A stretch of DNA of 64,000 nt, taken from the NCBI GenBank assembly GCA_965198065.1, contig CBDAON010000004.1:2080001-2144000 (forward strand). The letters run 5' to 3'. The notes beneath the pieces were generated by a model, which saw nothing but the letters and a program-made list of their open reading frames with translations, had not been told where the DNA came from and made no database searches. Origin of the DNA: Longimicrobiales bacterium. Lineage in GTDB: Bacteria > Gemmatimonadota > Gemmatimonadetes > Longimicrobiales > Gaopeijiaceae. The translations under genes were made by a program, and so were the position numbers. Of this stretch, positions 1 through 9,416 are shown in pieces (the stretch's first letter is position 1; every line of letters begins with the position of its first letter).

Positions 1-957
1 CTGCGGGCGCAGGGGGATCAACCACCGGCCGAACCGCCGGCCGACTGGGGGCCGATCTCCATCAACATGGAGGAGATCGAGTATCCCCATCCCGTGCACC
101 TCCTGAACCTCAATCTGTATGGGCAGGACGTCCGGATCGCGTATATGGATGTGCCGCCGGTCGGGCCGCCCAACGGCCGGACCGTGGTGTTCCTTCACGG
201 TGGGAGCTACTACGGCTGGTATTGGAAAGAACAGATCGAGGCCCTCCGTAACGAGGGCTTCCGTGTCGTCGTGAAGGATCGGCTCGGGTGGGGCAAGTCC
301 TCCAAGCCAATCCTTCCCTACAGCATCAGCCTGCACGCCTCGAACACGGCACGGGTCCTCGAGCACCTGAGGATCTCCGAAGCGGCGGTCGTGGGTCATT
401 CGATCGGGGGGCAGATGGCCACCCGTTTCGCCTTTCTCTACCCGGAGATGACGACGCACCTCGTCCTGGTCAATGCCGTCGGTCTCACCGACAACCGAGC
501 GGGCCGTGGCTTCCGCCCGATGAGCGGGGAGATCGAGGTGGATGCGGATCCTCAGGAGGTCTACGAATCAGGCGTGCGAACCGATCTGAACCGCTATGTG
601 AATTGGAGACCGCAGTTCATGGAACACCTCCGCATTCGCTATGGACAGGCCTTGAGTGGCGAGTGGCCACGGCTCCGGTACGTTCGCTCTCTGGGAGGCA
701 ACCTCCGCTCGATCGACAGCGTGGTGAACGACTGGCCCCACATCCAGACGAAGGCCATGGTGCTCGGTGGGGCGGAAGATGGGCCGAACTTCCCGGAGAA
801 TGCCCGGAGGGCGGCTGAGTCGCTCCCGAACGCCGAGCTCGTGCTCATCCCGAACGTGGGTCACAACCCGCACGAAGAGGTGCCCGAGATCGTGAACGCA
901 GAGCTGATCCGGTTCCTCTCCTCGGACCCGGACGAACCCGCTTTGGAGGACTGGTAG
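1..957 (+). CDS. alpha/beta-fold hydrolase (5' end outside window)
   Basis: Frame open from base 1 (LRAQGIKPPAEPP...) into the 67..957 ORF; HGG oxyanion region, GHSIGG nucleophile elbow, C-terminal GHNPH. Confidence 0.85.
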   Translation: MRAQGDQPPAEPPADWGPISINMEEIEYPHPVHLLNLNLYGQDVRIAYMDVPPVGPPNGRTVVFLHGGSYYGWYWKEQIEALRNEGFRVVVKDRLGWGKSSKPILPYSISLHASNTARVLEHLRISEAAVVGHSIGGQMATRFAFLYPEMTTHLVLVNAVGLTDNRAGRGFRPMSGEIEVDADPQEVYESGVRTDLNRYVNWRPQFMEHLRIRYGQALSGEWPRLRYVRSLGGNLRSIDSVVNDWPHIQTKAMVLGGAEDGPNFPENARRAAESLPNAELVLIPNVGHNPHEEVPEIVNAELIRFLSSDPDEPALEDW

Positions 958-1103
958 GAGCCACTCGCGCTCCCGACCCCGTCGTTCCGCCGGGTAGCCG
1001 GGCGACCCCGTCACCTCCGGCGGAGCGCGTAGGCGAGCTTGGACCTCCCTCGGCGCACCGCCCCCACCGAACCTCAATACAAGGGAAAACGCTCCGCGAG
1101 AAC

Positions 1104-1493
1104 CTATTTGACTACGGCGGTCCCGAGGGGGAAGCTCGCGGGGTTTCGGTCCAAGTCGTAGAGAACGTGATCTACGGCGTCTCCCGGGATCGCGCCGACG
1201 AGCGGCTTGAGGGTAAACGGAGTTGGCGAATCATCGGGCTCGGGCTCAATCGAAATCACGGCGGTACCGCCTGCGAGGTTCGTGGGAAATACGAGCCCGA
1301 TGGGGGCGTTCCCCAGGAAGTCCTCCCCCGGAAAATGCGGTTCTGGGTTGGGGCCCGAGAAGGGCGCCGCCTCGTCGGCACCCGACGGCGAGGTAAAACG
1401 TCCGGTGGTCACCGGAACCCCGTCGATGACGGCCCACCCCTCGTAATGCCAGCCGCCCGGAAGGGCGGGCAGGCTCAAAGACGGGCTCGGCCC
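1104..1493 (-). pseudogene. 3' part of a secreted RskA-like (anti-sigma-K C-terminal-like) domain protein, 5' end cut by IS
   Basis: LSLPALPGGWHYEGWAVIDGVPVTTGRF...PGEDFL...ISIEPEPD; frame is open up to the IS end at 1494 and no 5' part follows the IS. Confidence 0.55.
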
Positions 1494-1522
1494 TGACCTG
1501 CCCCGAAGAGCGGTACCACAAC

Positions 1523-2411
1523 CTATGTTAGTCCCAGCACCTGTGGAGGGCGGTGAAGGACGGGCATCCTCAGGAACCAGGGCGACGGCTTAATCGCCTC
1601 AGGGGCCGGGGGAAAGCCGCCGCAGGCGCTGTGGGGTCGGACGGTATCGTACTCGCGCCTCCATTGCTCGACCAGCACGGCCGCCTCCGCCAACGAGCAG
1701 AAGATCTCCCCGTTCAACAGCTCGTCCCTGAGCTTGCCGTTGAAGCTCTCGTTGTAGCCGTTCTCCCACGGGCTGCCCGGCTCGATAAAGAGCGTCTCGA
1801 CGCCCACGCGCCCCAACCACCGCCGCACGGGCTTCGCGGTGAACTCCGGTCCGTTGTCCGACCTCAGATACTCGGGAGGGCCCGTGTCGGACGAACAGAT
1901 CGTCCAGCACCTCGAGCACGTCGTGCGAGCGGATCTTGCGAGCCACCACGATCGCCAGGCACTCCCTCGTGTGCTCGTCCAGCACTGTCAGCAGCTTCAG
2001 CGCACGCCCGTCGTGCGTCCTCGAGGCCACGAAGTCGTACGACCAGACGTGGCCCCGATACAGCGGCCTCAGCCGGATGCACGATCCGTCGTTGAGCCAC
2101 AGCCGACCTCGCTTCGGCTGCCGCTCCGGGACCTTCAGCCCCTCCTGCCTCCAGATCCGCTCCACCCGCTTGTGCTTCACCCCCCAGCCCTCGATGCGGA
2201 GCGTGTCCGTGACGCGTCGCTAGCCGTAGCGGCCGAATCGACTCGCGAGTCGCACGATATCACCTCGGAGCGCCCCCTCGTCACTCGCCACTTTCCTCGC
2301 CCGGCGCTGGGTCGTGCGTGGCTGCCCGAGCACCCGGCACGCTCTCCTCTCCGACGCCCCGAGCTGCTGACGTACACGCACCACACAACGTCGTCGGCCC
2401 TCGGGGCTCAG
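1523..2411 (-). pseudogene. IS3 transposase OrfB (DDE), disrupted
   Basis: HVWSYDF, SDNGPEF and PGSPWENGYNESFNGKLRDE motifs in different frames; in-frame TAG at ~2220-2222 and a frameshift near 1880. Confidence 0.88.
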
Positions 2412-2686
2412 AAGTTTCCCTTGGCCGCTTCCTCCACGATCAGCTTGTCCAGTGTCAAGTCCGCCACTGCTCGCTTCAGGCGCCCGTTCTCGCGCTCGAG
2501 CTCCTTCAGGCGCCGTGCCTGGCTCACCTTCATCCCGCCGTACTCCCGCCTCCACCGGTAGTACGTCTGCTCGGTGATGCCGAGCTCCCCCCTGATCAGC
2601 TTCACGGATTTGCCGCCGGCCAGACCGACCTCTGCCTCCCGCACTGCAGTGATGATCTGCTCCGGAGTGTGTCGCTTCCTTCCCAT
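2408..2686 (-). CDS. IS3 transposase OrfA (HTH)
   Basis: MGRKRHTPEQII...EQTYYRWRREYGGM...LKELERENGRLK. Confidence 0.9.
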   Translation of the reverse strand: MGRKRHTPEQIITAVREAEVGLAGGKSVKLIRGELGITEQTYYRWRREYGGMKVSQARRLKELERENGRLKRAVADLTLDKLIVEEAAKGNF

Positions 2687-2765
2687 CCTGACCTCCTCGC
2701 TGAACGCTTCCGACCAGGTCCGATCCTAACATTACGCCTGGTCTCGTTTCAGCGGGTCAGGTCAA

Positions 2766-2888
2766 TACCGGGAAAGCCTCGTTACCTTTCTCCGCGGCCG
2801 TGGTTTCTCTGTCACCATTCCGTTGGAGGGCCTCTCCTTCGGGAGACAACTTCAGCGTTTGAAGATCCTAGGGCTAATCGGGGAATGA
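2766..2888 (+). pseudogene. C-terminal fragment resembling DUF6884 proteins
   Basis: YRESLVTFLRGRGFSVTIPLEGLSFGRQLQRLKILGLIGE*; ATGA overlap with the next gene start at 2885. Confidence 0.5.
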
Positions 2889-2955
2889 ACTCAGACGTAG
2901 ACCGGGTCTACGAACTCGTTGGCGTCTTGGCAACGCTACCGGGTCAAGGTCAGTC
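2885..2955 (+). pseudogene. N-terminal fragment of a translationally coupled gene, cut by IS
   Basis: MNSDVDRVYELVGVLATLPGQGQ, interrupted at the IS end at 2956. Confidence 0.4.
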
Positions 2956-4242
2956 TGACCTGCCCCCAAAAGCGGTACCACCTAGAGTGTTAGTCCAAGC
3001 ACCTCCTTTTGGCTGGGGGGTGGTCCAAGAAGCAGAGGTAGGTTGAGCAGCTTTGGGTCTGGCCGGATCGCTTCGGGGGCCGGGGGTCGATAACCCAGAG
3101 AGCTGTGCGGTCGATGCGTGTTGTATTCGCGCCGCCACTGCTCGATCAGCACCTTCGCCTCCTCCAGCGAATGGAAGATTTCGCGCTTCAGCAGCTCGTT
3201 TCGGAGCGTGCCGTTAAAGCTCTCATTGTAGCCGTTCTCCCACGGGCTGCCCGGCTCGATGAACAGCGTCTTCACGCCTAGCTCACCGAGCCACTGCCGA
3301 ACCACTCGGGCCGTGAACTCCGGACCGTTGTCGGAGCGAAGATTCGCCGGTGGACCGTGCTCGGCAAACAGCTCGCTCAGCGTCTGCAGAACATCGTCCG
3401 CCTGAAGCCTGCGAGTCACCACGATCGCCAGGCACTCCCGGCTGTACTCATCCAGCACCGTCAGCATCTTGAGCGGCCGTCCATCATGCGTCCGGTCCGC
3501 CACGAAGTCATACGCCCATACATGGTGTCGGTACAGGGGCCGCAGTCGGATACAAGAACCGTCGGTCAGCCACAGCCTTCCCTCGTTTCGGCTGCTTACT
3601 TGGCACCTTGAGCCCCTCCTGTCTCCAGATCCGCTCCACCCGCTTGTGGTTCACGGCCCAGCCCTCCGTCCTCAGCATCCCCGTCACCATCCGGTACCCG
3701 CAGCGCCCGAACCTGCGAGCCACCTTCACCACGTCCTCTCTCAGCACCTCCTCATCTTCGCTTCGCTTCGGTATCCGACGCTGCGTCGAGCGTGCCTGGC
3801 CCAACACCCGGCACGCCTTGCGCTCACTCACCCCAAGCCGCTGGCGTACTTGCACCACGCAGCGTCTGCGCCGCTCGGGGCTTAGAAGTTTCCCTCGGAG
3901 GCTTCCTTCAAGATCAGCTTGTCCAGCGTCAGCTCTGCCACCGCCCGCTTCAGCTGTTGGTTCTCCTTCCCTCGAGCTCCTTGAGACGCTTCGCCTGGCT
4001 CAGCTTCATTCCCCCGTACTCCCGCCGCCATCGGTAGTACGTTTGCTCGCTCACCCCCAGGTCTCGCCACACCTCTTTGGTCGTATTGCCGTTCGCCAGG
4101 GCCACCTCCGCCTTGCGTAGCCGGTTGATGATCTGTGCCGGACTCAGCCTCTTTGGTGCGGCCATTGTGCCCTCCCCTTTCGTGTCTTGACCCCGTCCAG
4201 ATTCTAAAACTGGACTCGGTCTCGTTTTAGGGGGGTAGATCA
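2956..4242 (-). mobile_element. IS3-family element type 2, copy 1 (frameshifted)
   Basis: TGACCTGCCCCCAAAAGCGGTACC...GGTCTCGTTTTAGGGGGGTAGATCA ends; orfA (ATG 4165) frameshifted near 3970; orfB frameshifted by an extra C near 3580. Confidence 0.92.
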
Positions 4243-4440
4243 GACCTCGGCCAGGTCCCGGAACGAGACACACCGGTAGAGGCCCACATCGGCGAGGGCG
4301 CGGCCGCACCGTTCCGGAAAGGAGATTGACTCGCGGTCGTTGTGTGCATCGTACTCCCGGCGATGGCCATCCCGCATGCGGCCGGGAGCACGGGTCTCCG
4401 GCGTGGGACGCGGGTCCGCTTCGATCGCACGGTCGAACAT
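4243..4440 (-). pseudogene. N-terminal fragment of a plasmid/ICE-type hypothetical gene, cut by IS
   Basis: ORF ...ALADVGLYRCVSFRDLAEV ends at the IS boundary and lies directly downstream of the ArdC fragment. Confidence 0.35.
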
Positions 4441-4462
4441 CTCTCCAGCTCCTTCCTCGGCG

Positions 4463-4752
4463 TCAGCGGCCCGGACCGAAGCTCCCGGTCGGGACCGGCA
4501 GCGGGAGTTCCGGCCTTACAGTGTGCTGCGGGATGGGAGCGCGGGTGGCGGCCACCGGAGTGGGCTCGCGCTCGGCCTCGCGCTCGCGGCTCCGCGTCAG
4601 CACGAAGTCGGAGATCTTCTGCGCGTCGGCCGCGGCGCGGCGGATCTCGCGGGGATCTTCCTTGAGGGCGGCGACCCACCCCTCGACGTAGGCGGCACCC
4701 CGGCTCGGATCGTGGCCCACCCCCACGCGCTCGCCCGTCATCATCGCACTGA
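4463..4752 (-). pseudogene. ardC: ArdC-like antirestriction protein, C-terminal fragment
   Basis: SAMMTGERVGVGHDPSRGAAYVEGWVAALKEDPREIRRAAADAQKISDFVL resembles the ArdC C-terminal region; 5' part absent. Confidence 0.7.
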
Positions 4753-4780
4753 CGATTGCGGTACGTTTGTAACTGACTAT

Positions 4781-4882
4781 CGGGGTATCCCTGCGGGTCA
4801 AGACGCACCGGCGGTCGTGGTGACAGCCTATCGACCGGACCCCACGAGATGGGACGAGACGTGGCGAAGGAGACAGACATGA
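4781..4882 (+). pseudogene. DUF4258-like putative toxin, C-terminal fragment
   Basis: GIPAGQDAPAVVVTAYRPDPTRWDETWRRR*; ATGA overlap with the partner gene. Confidence 0.6.
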
Positions 4883-5097
4883 CCACGAAATTGACCAAGC
4901 GACTCGTTCGTGAAGGCGACTTCGTCGCCGAGGTGGACGTATACCTCATTGAGGAAGAGGGCGGCTGGTCACCGTACCTCTCTCTGGAGGACGCAGGTAA
5001 GCTCGATGCGGTCAGGGAGGCGCTGCGCGCGGGCGACATCACGCGCGGTGCCCAACTCGCAACCCGCCTCTACCGGCTCACGCCGGTCGAAGCGTGA
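4879..5097 (+). CDS. small putative antitoxin, partner of DUF4258-like toxin
   Basis: AAGGAG RBS; MTTKLTKRLVREGDFVAEVDVYLIEEEGGWSPYLSLEDAGKLDAVREALRAGD; coupled to the toxin fragment. Confidence 0.6.
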   Translation: MTTKLTKRLVREGDFVAEVDVYLIEEEGGWSPYLSLEDAGKLDAVREALRAGDITRGAQLATRLYRLTPVEA

Positions 5098-6041
5098 GCG
5101 CGCTCGACCAGCTTTTTGAGAGATGGCCCGGCTGTGCGAAACCTGATGACGACGTTGCCCAGCATGCCCCTATTGCCGGGCCATACGCCGCGTCGCACCG
5201 TGTGCAGGCGCTCGCGCAATGGACTGACTCCCTGACGCGGGTCGCAGAGCAGCGGTGGCACCACGGGGTTTCAGGCGCGGCCGTGGCGTTGATGGCGGCG
5301 ACGGCGATGCTGCTCCCCGGACTGGCCGTCGCGCAAGACGTCTACTTGCGCGCCGGGATCGACCTGAGCCGGCCGGCCGACACGCACTTCACCGACGCAG
5401 ACTGTGCGAGCATGGTCCCGGCCGCGCTGTACGGCTGCGGCCTGGGCGGCGATGGCGCGCCGCTCCGATCGGTGGGGGACGTCGGCACGGTTGCAGGCGT
5501 TGAGCTTGGGCTCGGGTACACCGTGGCGCCCGCCGTGCGACTGGAGGCCCTCCTGACTTACCAGCCGCGATTCACGTTCGATGGCCAGGCCAACTTCCTG
5601 GAGCCAGACCGTCAGCAATCCGTGTCCGTGGATCTGTCCTCGCTGTCCGGGATCCTGGCCGTGTATGCGGATCTCCCAGGCTTGGGGGTGCGCCCGCTCG
5701 GCCCGTTCAGCCCCTTCGTAGGCGGTGGCCTCGGGGCGGCCCGCGTGGCCAGCGGTGAGACGCGCATGACGTTTCCGAAGACGCGGACCCTCGTGCCGGG
5801 CACCCGCCGAACGGGGTTGACCTGGAGGCTGACGGCCGGCTTGGGGATGTCGTGGGGCGAGCGGGCGACGCTCGATCTCGCGTGGCGGTACACGGATACC
5901 GGTGTCATCGAGACCGGCGCCGGCCAGGGCCGGGTCGAATGGCGCGACGGCAGCCGGGACCCGGTGGTGCTCGATCTGGCGCCGACACAGGCCCAGTTGC
6001 GGAGCCACGGGCTGCACCTGTCTCTGCGGTATGAGCTCTGA
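5094..6041 (+). CDS. outer-membrane beta-barrel protein (OmpA-like transmembrane/opacity family); true start may be near 5292
   Basis: Signal peptide ...LLPGLAVAQD, amphipathic strands, PFVGGGLGAARV, LDLAWRYTDTG, C-terminal LSLRYEL. Confidence 0.75.
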   Translation: MSALDQLFERWPGCAKPDDDVAQHAPIAGPYAASHRVQALAQWTDSLTRVAEQRWHHGVSGAAVALMAATAMLLPGLAVAQDVYLRAGIDLSRPADTHFTDADCASMVPAALYGCGLGGDGAPLRSVGDVGTVAGVELGLGYTVAPAVRLEALLTYQPRFTFDGQANFLEPDRQQSVSVDLSSLSGILAVYADLPGLGVRPLGPFSPFVGGGLGAARVASGETRMTFPKTRTLVPGTRRTGLTWRLTAGLGMSWGERATLDLAWRYTDTGVIETGAGQGRVEWRDGSRDPVVLDLAPTQAQLRSHGLHLSLRYEL

Positions 6042-6144
6042 TCGGGATCATCGATTCTGGCATCACGCAGGGCTGTAGCCCGTGGTGTCACTTTTGTTCC
6101 CGAGGAGTGGGTGGATCGTCTCACCGGGGTGGAGGTAGGTAGCT

Positions 6145-7599
6145 GTGAGTTCAGTCGCCTACAGCGTGGTGATGACGTCCGAAGTCGCCGCCGTGTTGAG
6201 AGGACATCTTCTGCAACACATCAGGAATGGGCAGCGGCAGGAGGACCTCTGTTTCGCCTTGTGGAAGCCGAGCACCGGCAAGACGCGAACGACCGCGGTG
6301 TTGACGGAGGTCGTTCTTCCGATCGCGAACGAAAGACAACTGCATGGCGGCGCGAGTTTTTTGCCTAACTATCTGGACCGGGTGGCGGAGGCTGCGATGT
6401 CGAGGAAAGCCGGCATCGCGTTGCTACACAGCCACTTCACGCCGGGATGGCAGGGAATGAGCGGGGAGGACGTGGACACGGAGCGAAGCACGGCGCCTTC
6501 GATACTTGGGGAGACGGGCCTGCCGCTGATCGGTCTGACCATGGGAACCGATGGGGCACTGAGCGCGCGTTTCTGGACACGGGTCGGGCGACGGGAGTAC
6601 GAACGGCGGTGGTGTGGGAGCGTTCGCATGGTCGGGGACGACTTTGACGTGACGTTCATGGAAAAGCTGGCACCTAAGCCGAGGTTCAAGGAAATGCTGA
6701 AGAGGACCTACTCGGCTTGGGGCGAGGAGAAGCAGCACACGCTCGCCCGGCTGCATTGCGGAGTGGTCGGGGTCGGAAGCGTGGGCGCGATCGTAGCGGA
6801 GAGCCTGGCCCGGATGGGTGTTGAGACCATCAGCCTGATCGACTTCGACACGGTGGAAGAACACAACCTGGATCGGCTTCTCCACGCGAGCGTGGATGAC
6901 ATCGGGTGGTGCAAGGTGGACGTGGCGGGCGAGCACCTGCGCAAGCACGCGACTGCCGACGATGTAGACGTGAGGCTGAACAGGAAGTCGGTGACAAGGG
7001 AGAGCGGCCTAAGGGCGGCGCTGGATTGCGACGTGCTGTTCAGTTGCGTGGATCGGCCCTGGCCGAGACAGGTGCTGAACATGGTGGCGTTCGCGCACCA
7101 CATCCCGGTCGTAGACGGAGGCGTGCACGTCCGCGTCAAGCCGGACGGGTCGATGCGATGGGCCGAGTGGGGCGCACACGTCGCGGTACCGGGCAGGGCG
7201 TGTCTGGAATGCCTCGGCCAGTTCGATCCGGCGAACGTCACGCTAGAGCGGCAAGGTCTGCTTGACGATCCGACGTACATCGAGCGGCTTCCCGGAGACC
7301 ATGTGCTGCGACGGAACGAGAACGTGTTCGGGTTCGCGCTGTCTGCGAGCGGAATGATGATCTGTCAGTTTCTGAGCATGGTCGTGCGACCTGTCGGGAT
7401 TGGTAATCCGGGGACCCAGACCTATCATTTCGCAACCGGGATGATGGACAGCGATGTAAGTTCCGCGTGTACTGCAGAGTGCCTGTACTACGAGCACATG
7501 GGCATGGGGGATCGCTTTCCATTCCCAGTGGTGGAGGCCGACGAAACGAAAGTTGAGCCGAGCGTTGGGGGGGGCGTGGTGGGCGAAATGGCGTCGTAG
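6145..7599 (+). CDS. JAB/JAMM peptidase-like domain fused to ThiF/E1-like adenylyltransferase
   Basis: GGAGGT RBS; N-terminal QED...HSH-x8-S-x2-D; C-terminal GVGSVG, DFDTVEEHNLDR, SCVD, CLEC and a distal C-x3-C. Confidence 0.85.
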   Translation: MSSVAYSVVMTSEVAAVLRGHLLQHIRNGQRQEDLCFALWKPSTGKTRTTAVLTEVVLPIANERQLHGGASFLPNYLDRVAEAAMSRKAGIALLHSHFTPGWQGMSGEDVDTERSTAPSILGETGLPLIGLTMGTDGALSARFWTRVGRREYERRWCGSVRMVGDDFDVTFMEKLAPKPRFKEMLKRTYSAWGEEKQHTLARLHCGVVGVGSVGAIVAESLARMGVETISLIDFDTVEEHNLDRLLHASVDDIGWCKVDVAGEHLRKHATADDVDVRLNRKSVTRESGLRAALDCDVLFSCVDRPWPRQVLNMVAFAHHIPVVDGGVHVRVKPDGSMRWAEWGAHVAVPGRACLECLGQFDPANVTLERQGLLDDPTYIERLPGDHVLRRNENVFGFALSASGMMICQFLSMVVRPVGIGNPGTQTYHFATGMMDSDVSSACTAECLYYEHMGMGDRFPFPVVEADETKVEPSVGGGVVGEMAS

Positions 7600-7727
7600 G
7601 GTGAGGAATTGGTTATGGTTTGGGGGAAGAGCTGGTTCCGATGCGGGGAGAGGCTCTGGATGAATCTGGAGAGGCGACTGACCTGAGGACATCGGCTCGA
7701 ACGAGGTAGAGAAAAGGGGCAACAGCG

Positions 7728-7902
7728 GGGACCGTCGCGGCGACCGACAGCCAACCGCGGCGTGCTCGCCTACTCGCTCTCGGGCGCGGACACGCAAGCT
7801 TTCGCGATCGGCTAGCCGGGCGAGATCCGGTGGAAGCTGGGATCAGGCTCGACCACCGACGGCAAGGATGGCAACGCGGAAGAGACGCCGACCACCAACG
7901 AC
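7728..7902 (+). pseudogene. cadherin-like domain remnant
   Basis: With one frameshift reads GTVAATD/ANRGVLAYSLSGADTQAFAIG*PGEIRWK...TDGKDGNAEETPTTND. Confidence 0.45.
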
Positions 7903-8254
7903 CCTTTGCCTTGGACATCGAGCGGGTCCGGTGAAACGATGTGCCCGAAACCTCAGGTCAGCGGATACTGCGCAGGCGCAGCTTGCGCTCTAGCTCCCAT
8001 CACGATCCAGCAGTCATCCGCCGACATTTCGGCTGAACGGCGAGCCCGCAGGACCAGGTTGAATGCCATTGAATTGGGAGGATAAGCGAGTTGATCAGGA
8101 ACAGAAGAAGCGCGAAGCAGCGGCGAAACTCCGTTCTCGAAAGTCTGGAGATAACACGCGAAGGCGGTAGTACGACTTATGCTGCGAAGCTTGCGGCGGA
8201 ACCATTGGGCGGAACGGCCAAGGTCTGCACGATCACGCACTACTGCCGGACGAC

Positions 8255-9364
8255 TGACCTGCCCCCAAAAGCGGTACCACCTAGAGTGTTAGTCCAAGCA
8301 CCTCCTTTTGGCTGGGGGGTGGTCCAAGAAGCAGAGGTAGGTTGAGCAGCTTTGGGTCTGGCCGGATCGCTTCGGGGGCCGGGGGTCGATAACCCAGAGA
8401 GCTGTGCGGTCGATGCGTGTTGTATTCGCGCCGCCACTGCTCGATCAGCACCTTCGCCTCCTCCAGCGAATAGAAGATTTCGCGCTTCAGCAGCTCGTTT
8501 CAGAGCGTGCCGTTAAAGCTCTCATTGTAGCCGTTCTCCCACGGGCTGCCCGGCTCGATGAACAGCGTCTTCACGCCTAGCTCACCGAGCCACTGCCGGC
8601 CGTCCATCATGCGTCCGGTCCGCCACGAAGTCATACGCCCATACATGGTGTCGGTACAGGGGCCGCAGTCGGATACAAGAACCGTCGGTCAGCCACAGCC
8701 TTCCTCGTTTCGGCTGCTTACTTGGCACCTTGAGCCCCTCCTGTCTCCAGATCCGCTCCACCCGCTTGTGGTTCACGGCCCAGCCCTCCGTCCTCAGCAT
8801 CCCCGTCACCATCCGGTACCCGCAGCGCCCGAACCTGCGAGCCACCTTCACCACGTCCTCTCTCAGCGCCTCCTCATCTTCGCTTCGCTTCGGTATCCGA
8901 CGCTGCGTCGAGCGTGCCTGGCCCAACACCCGGCACGCCTTGCGCTCACTCACCCCAAGCCGCTGGCGTACTTGCACCACGCAGCGTCTGCGCCACTCGG
9001 GGCTCAGTAGTTTCCCTCGGAGGCTTCCTTCAAGATCAGCTTGTCCAGCGTCAGCTCTGCCACCGCCCGCTTCAGCTGTTGGTTCTCCTTCCCTCGAGCT
9101 CCTTGAGACGCTTCGCCTGGCTCAGCTTCATTCCCCCGTACTCCCGCCGCCATCGGTAGTACGTTTGCTCGCTCACCCCCAGGTCTCGCCACACCTCTTT
9201 GGTCGTATTGCCGTTCGCCAGGGCCACCTCCGCCTTGCGTAGCCGGTTGATGATCTGTGCCGGACTCAGCCTCTTTGGTGCGGCCATTGTGCCCTCCCCT
9301 TTCGTGTCTTGACCCCGTCCAGATTCTAAAACTGGACTCGGTCTCGTTTTAGGGGGGTAGATCA
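8255..9364 (-). mobile_element. IS3-family element type 2, copy 2 (internal deletion)
   Basis: Near-identical to 2956-4242, same orientation; lacks 176 bp of orfB (equivalent to 3300-3475); same orfA frameshift. Confidence 0.92.
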
Positions 9365-9376
9365 GTAGCACCACGC

Positions 9377-9416
9377 GGGGCCATAGCTCAGTTGGGAGAG
9401 CGCCTGCTTTGCAAGC
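9377..9416 (+). repeat. tRNA-Ala(TGC) 5' half, att core copy 1
   Basis: GGGGCCATAGCTCAGTTGGGAGAGCGCCTGCTTTGCAAGC, identical to 18473-18512. Confidence 0.95.

Larger units (their letters stand above)
1494..2764 (-). mobile_element. IS3-family (IS407-group-like) insertion sequence, inactivated
   Basis: TG...CA ends with imperfect IRs (TGACCTGCCCCGAAGAGCGGTACC / GGTCTCGTTTCAGCGGGTCAGGTCA); orfA-orfB with GGGAAAC slippery site; no target duplication visible. Confidence 0.92.

Noticed and set aside
7601..8254. Possible Ubl, E2 or DUF6527 partner genes downstream of the JAB-E1 fusion
   Set aside because: Only short interrupted frames are present, with no recognisable motifs apart from the cadherin remnant
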